Assembly: GCA_036679605.1 (NCBI GenBank)
Contig: JAZDCZ010000115.1
Coordinates: 1-10,211, forward strand
Source of the DNA: Gemmatimonadota bacterium
GTDB lineage: Bacteria > Gemmatimonadota > Gemmatimonadetes > Gemmatimonadales > GWC2-71-9
Direction of reading: 5' to 3'
DNA: 10,211 nt
The notes beneath the pieces were generated by a model. That model made no database searches. It saw only the letters and a program-made list of their open reading frames with translations, and had not been told where the DNA came from. Made by a program: the position numbers and the translations under genes. Positions 7,777-10,211 of the stretch are shown here, in pieces (the stretch's first letter is position 1; every line of letters begins with the position of its first letter).

Positions 7777-8961
7777 ATGGACCTCCAACGATTACGAGAC
7801 GAAACTCCGGGATGCAGTAAGCGGATCCATCTGAACAACGCAGGTGCTGCCCTGATGCCGAGGTGTGTGCTGGACACGATCCAGCAGCACTTGGAACTCG
7901 AGGCGCAAATCGGTGGCTACGAGGCGGCCGCTGCGTGCGAGCAGGCGGTGTCGGCTGCCTACGAACATGTGGCGCGATTGATCGGTGCGAGAGCAGGGAA
8001 TATCGCCTTTACCGAGAACGCCACGGCTTCCTACGCCCAGGCCCTTTCGTCAATTCTGTTTGAGCCGGACGACGTCATCCTTACCACACGCAACGACTAC
8101 GTTTCGAACCAGATCCAGTTCCTTGCACTCCAGGCTCGGCTAGGACTGAGAGTGGTGCGAGCGCCCGACCTCCCTGAGGAGGGGGGAGGTGTCGATGTTT
8201 CGGAGCTGACGGCCCTGATTGAGAAGCACGGTCCAAAACTGGTATGTGTGACACACGTACCCACGAGTTCTGGCTTGATTCAGGACATCGCGGCGGTCGG
8301 CCAAGTCTGCCGCCAGAAAGAGATCATCTACCTGGTCGATGCATGCCAGTCCATCGGACAGTTGCCGATCGACGTGAGTGATATTGCGTGCGACTTTCTC
8401 TCTGCCACGTCGCGAAAGTTTTTGAGGGGCCCCAGGGGCTCAGGATTCCTTTACGTCTCCGACGAAATTCTCGACCGCGGGTTGGAGCCTCTGTTCATAG
8501 ATCTCAAAGGCGCCGATTGGATTGGTGAGGACAGTTACAGACCCGTCAAGGATGCCAAGCGCTTCGAGAACTGGGAGTTTGCGTGGGCGTTGGTCTTGGG
8601 CACTGGTGAGGCGGCGCGCTACGCGATGGACGTGGGTGTAACTGACATCAGGGACCGCGTGCAGACACTCTCGGCCCGACTGCGGGTGGGCCTCGACGAG
8701 ATCGATCGGGTCCGGGTGCTGCAGAGGGGAGGGGAACTCTCGGCAGTCGTGACGGTGTGGGTGGAGGGCTGGGAGCCGCACGATCTTGTTGCGGCTCTGC
8801 GCGACCGGAAAATCAATACGTCGGCGCAGAGTCGGACCGATGCAGTGATCGATTACGACGGCAAAGGTGTGAGTGGTGCTCTTCGGTTGTCTCCCCATTA
8901 CTACAATACCGAAGATGAGATCGACGAAGCCGTGTCAGCCATACGCGCGCTCACATACTGA
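7777..8961 (+). CDS. Aminotransferase class V-fold PLP-dependent enzyme (cysteine desulfurase/C-S lyase-like)
   Basis: 'IHLNNAGAALMP', 'FTENATAS', 'THVPTSSGLIQD', 'LVDACQSIGQLPIDV', PLP-lysine motif 'DFLSATSRKFLRGPRGSGFLYV' (Lys at 8416), and 'LRLSPHYYNTEDEID'. Starts 2 nt after the kinase stop. Confidence 0.92.
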   Translation: MDLQRLRDETPGCSKRIHLNNAGAALMPRCVLDTIQQHLELEAQIGGYEAAAACEQAVSAAYEHVARLIGARAGNIAFTENATASYAQALSSILFEPDDVILTTRNDYVSNQIQFLALQARLGLRVVRAPDLPEEGGGVDVSELTALIEKHGPKLVCVTHVPTSSGLIQDIAAVGQVCRQKEIIYLVDACQSIGQLPIDVSDIACDFLSATSRKFLRGPRGSGFLYVSDEILDRGLEPLFIDLKGADWIGEDSYRPVKDAKRFENWEFAWALVLGTGEAARYAMDVGVTDIRDRVQTLSARLRVGLDEIDRVRVLQRGGELSAVVTVWVEGWEPHDLVAALRDRKINTSAQSRTDAVIDYDGKGVSGALRLSPHYYNTEDEIDEAVSAIRALTY

Positions 8962-8971
8962 GGTTATCTTG

Positions 8972-9007
8972 ATGCAACGCCAATCTAGCCTGGAGGTAGG
9001 AACCTGA
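8972..9007 (+). CDS. Putative 11-aa mini-ORF/leader (MQRQSSLEVGT) overlapping the RND start
   Basis: ATG at 8972 is preceded by SD-like GAGGT (8960-8964) at 7 nt spacing. Its TGA (9005-9007) overlaps the CTG (9004-9006) at which RND homology begins. Translation is unproven. Confidence 0.3.
   Translation: MQRQSSLEVGT
8992..8997 (+). promoter_or_regulatory. Strong Shine-Dalgarno sequence for the RND permease gene
   Basis: GGAGGT located 6 nt upstream of CTG 9004. Confidence 0.7.
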
Positions 9008-10211
9008 AGCTCTCCGACACCGCGATACGTCGCCCAGTTCTGACGAGTATGGCCAGCATTGCACTGGTTCTGTTCGGTGGCTTGGCGCTTCAGCGCCTCT
9101 CCGTGCGCGAATTCCCCGACATCGATTCTCCCATAGTCTCGGTGTCCACCGTGCTGCGGGGAGCTAACCCGCGTGTAATGGAGTCGGCGGTAACCGATAT
9201 TCTGGAGGAAGAACTCAGCACGATCCAGGGCCTGAGAACGCTCACCAGCTCGAGTGCTGAACAGGTCAGCAACATTGTGTTGGAGTTCACACTCGACAGA
9301 GATCTGGAGGAAGCGGCGCAGGATGTTCGCGATAAGGTATCCCGTGTGCGCGGGCGGTTGCCACAGGAAGTAGAGGAGCCCGTAGTCAGCAAGCAGGATG
9401 CTGATGCCCAGCCATTCTTGTGGATGGCACTGTCGGGTGAGAACTACGACTTGCTTCAGCTCTCCGACCTTGCCGACAGGGTGGTGAAGACCAGGGTACA
9501 GTCACTCCCTGGAGTTGGAAGGGCGCAGATTTTTGGTGAGCGACGTTACGCGATGCGAATTTGGGTCGACCCCTCAGAGCTAGTATCGCGGGGACTGACC
9601 GTGCAGGATGTTCAGGCGGCCGTCCGCAGCCGGAACGTGGAGATCCCGGCGGGCCGCATTGAGTCCCAACGTCGAGAGTTCTCGGTGAGATCGTTGGGCG
9701 AACTCAAGACTCCCAACGAATTCGACAATCTCACCGTCTCCAATCGTGCGGGACAACTGGTCAAGCTCCGTGATGTTGCCAGGGTGGAGCTTGGGCCGGA
9801 AGACGATCGAGTAGTACTCAGATACAATGGTGTGAGCGCCATAGCGATAGGAGTGGTGCGCCAGTCAAAAGCCAACCTCATCGAAGTCTCTGATGCGGTC
9901 CGGGCGGAACTGCCGAGCATTCGACAAGTCCTTCCCGAGGGTGTCGAGATCGCGATCGGGTTCGACTCTGCCAGGTTTGTTAGACGGTCGATCAAAGAAG
10001 CCCTGGACACCCTGATGCTTACCGGTGCTCTGGTCGTGATGATCATATTTGTCTTCCTCAGAAATGTGAGGGCGACCATAATACCGGGCCTTGCAATTCC
10101 CACATCCATAGTGGCCGCCTTCGGTCTGCTGTATTTTATCGGTTTCACCATCAACAATCTCACTCTGTTAGCGCTCATTCTGTCGATCGGCATCGTGGTC
10201 GACGATGCCAT
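9004..10211 (+). CDS. RND efflux transporter permease subunit (AcrB/AcrD/AcrF, HAE1-type), 3'-truncated by window edge
   Basis: Manual translation from 9004: (M)KLSDTAIRRPVLTSMASIALVLFGGLALQRLSVREFPDIDSPIVSVSTVLRGANPRVMESAVTDILEEEL...GERRYAMRIWVDP...VKLRDVARVELG...FVFLRNVRATIIPGLAIPTSI...FTINNLTLLALILSIGIVVDDA. This includes the TM4 proton-relay DD motif. It is absent from the ORF track, probably because there is no stop within the window. Confidence 0.95.
   Translation, partial: MKLSDTAIRRPVLTSMASIALVLFGGLALQRLSVREFPDIDSPIVSVSTVLRGANPRVMESAVTDILEEELSTIQGLRTLTSSSAEQVSNIVLEFTLDRDLEEAAQDVRDKVSRVRGRLPQEVEEPVVSKQDADAQPFLWMALSGENYDLLQLSDLADRVVKTRVQSLPGVGRAQIFGERRYAMRIWVDPSELVSRGLTVQDVQAAVRSRNVEIPAGRIESQRREFSVRSLGELKTPNEFDNLTVSNRAGQLVKLRDVARVELGPEDDRVVLRYNGVSAIAIGVVRQSKANLIEVSDAVRAELPSIRQVLPEGVEIAIGFDSARFVRRSIKEALDTLMLTGALVVMIIFVFLRNVRATIIPGLAIPTSIVAAFGLLYFIGFTINNLTLLALILSIGIVVDDA

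Noticed and set aside
8176..8190. G-rich tract gaggaggggggaggt (internal SD-like/homopolymer)
   Set aside because: Encodes EEGGG in a loop. The frame is intact on both sides and the G-run is too short to support slippage.
7777..8961. Assignment as sufS/iscS or egtE
   Set aside because: It lacks the desulfurase Cys motif, and no suf/isc or ergothioneine genes are nearby, so no gene symbol was given.
9090..10211. Minus-strand ORFs 9090-9392 and 9612-10211
   Set aside because: Antisense shadows of the RND permease, which is clearly encoded on the + strand.

Overview
A densely packed run of seven protein-coding genes, all on the + strand, from a GC-rich Gram-negative bacterium. The kinase N-terminus 'DRLTAALADRYDIERELGAGGMATVYLA' and the kinase-TM-PD40 architecture suggest Gemmatimonadota (inference). 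In order: (1) the 3' part of a membrane Ser/Thr kinase with a TolB/PD40 beta-propeller, (2) a divergent YchF-family NTPase, (3) an unassigned exported, probably outer-membrane beta-barrel protein, (4) a secreted CRTAC1-like FG-GAP/ASPIC-UnbV protein, (5) a cytoplasmic Ser/Thr kinase fused to an alpha/beta-hydrolase-like domain, (6) a class V PLP enzyme lacking the desulfurase cysteine, and (7) the 5' part of an RND efflux permease that the ORF track missed. The most notable signals are an apparent CUG start for the RND gene overlapped by an 11-aa mini-ORF, the kinase-hydrolase fusion, and a YchF that lacks the canonical switch I/K+-binding motifs and overlaps the kinase gene stop codon. No RNA genes, CRISPR arrays or mobile elements were seen. 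Whether the genes form one functional system cannot be established from this window alone.
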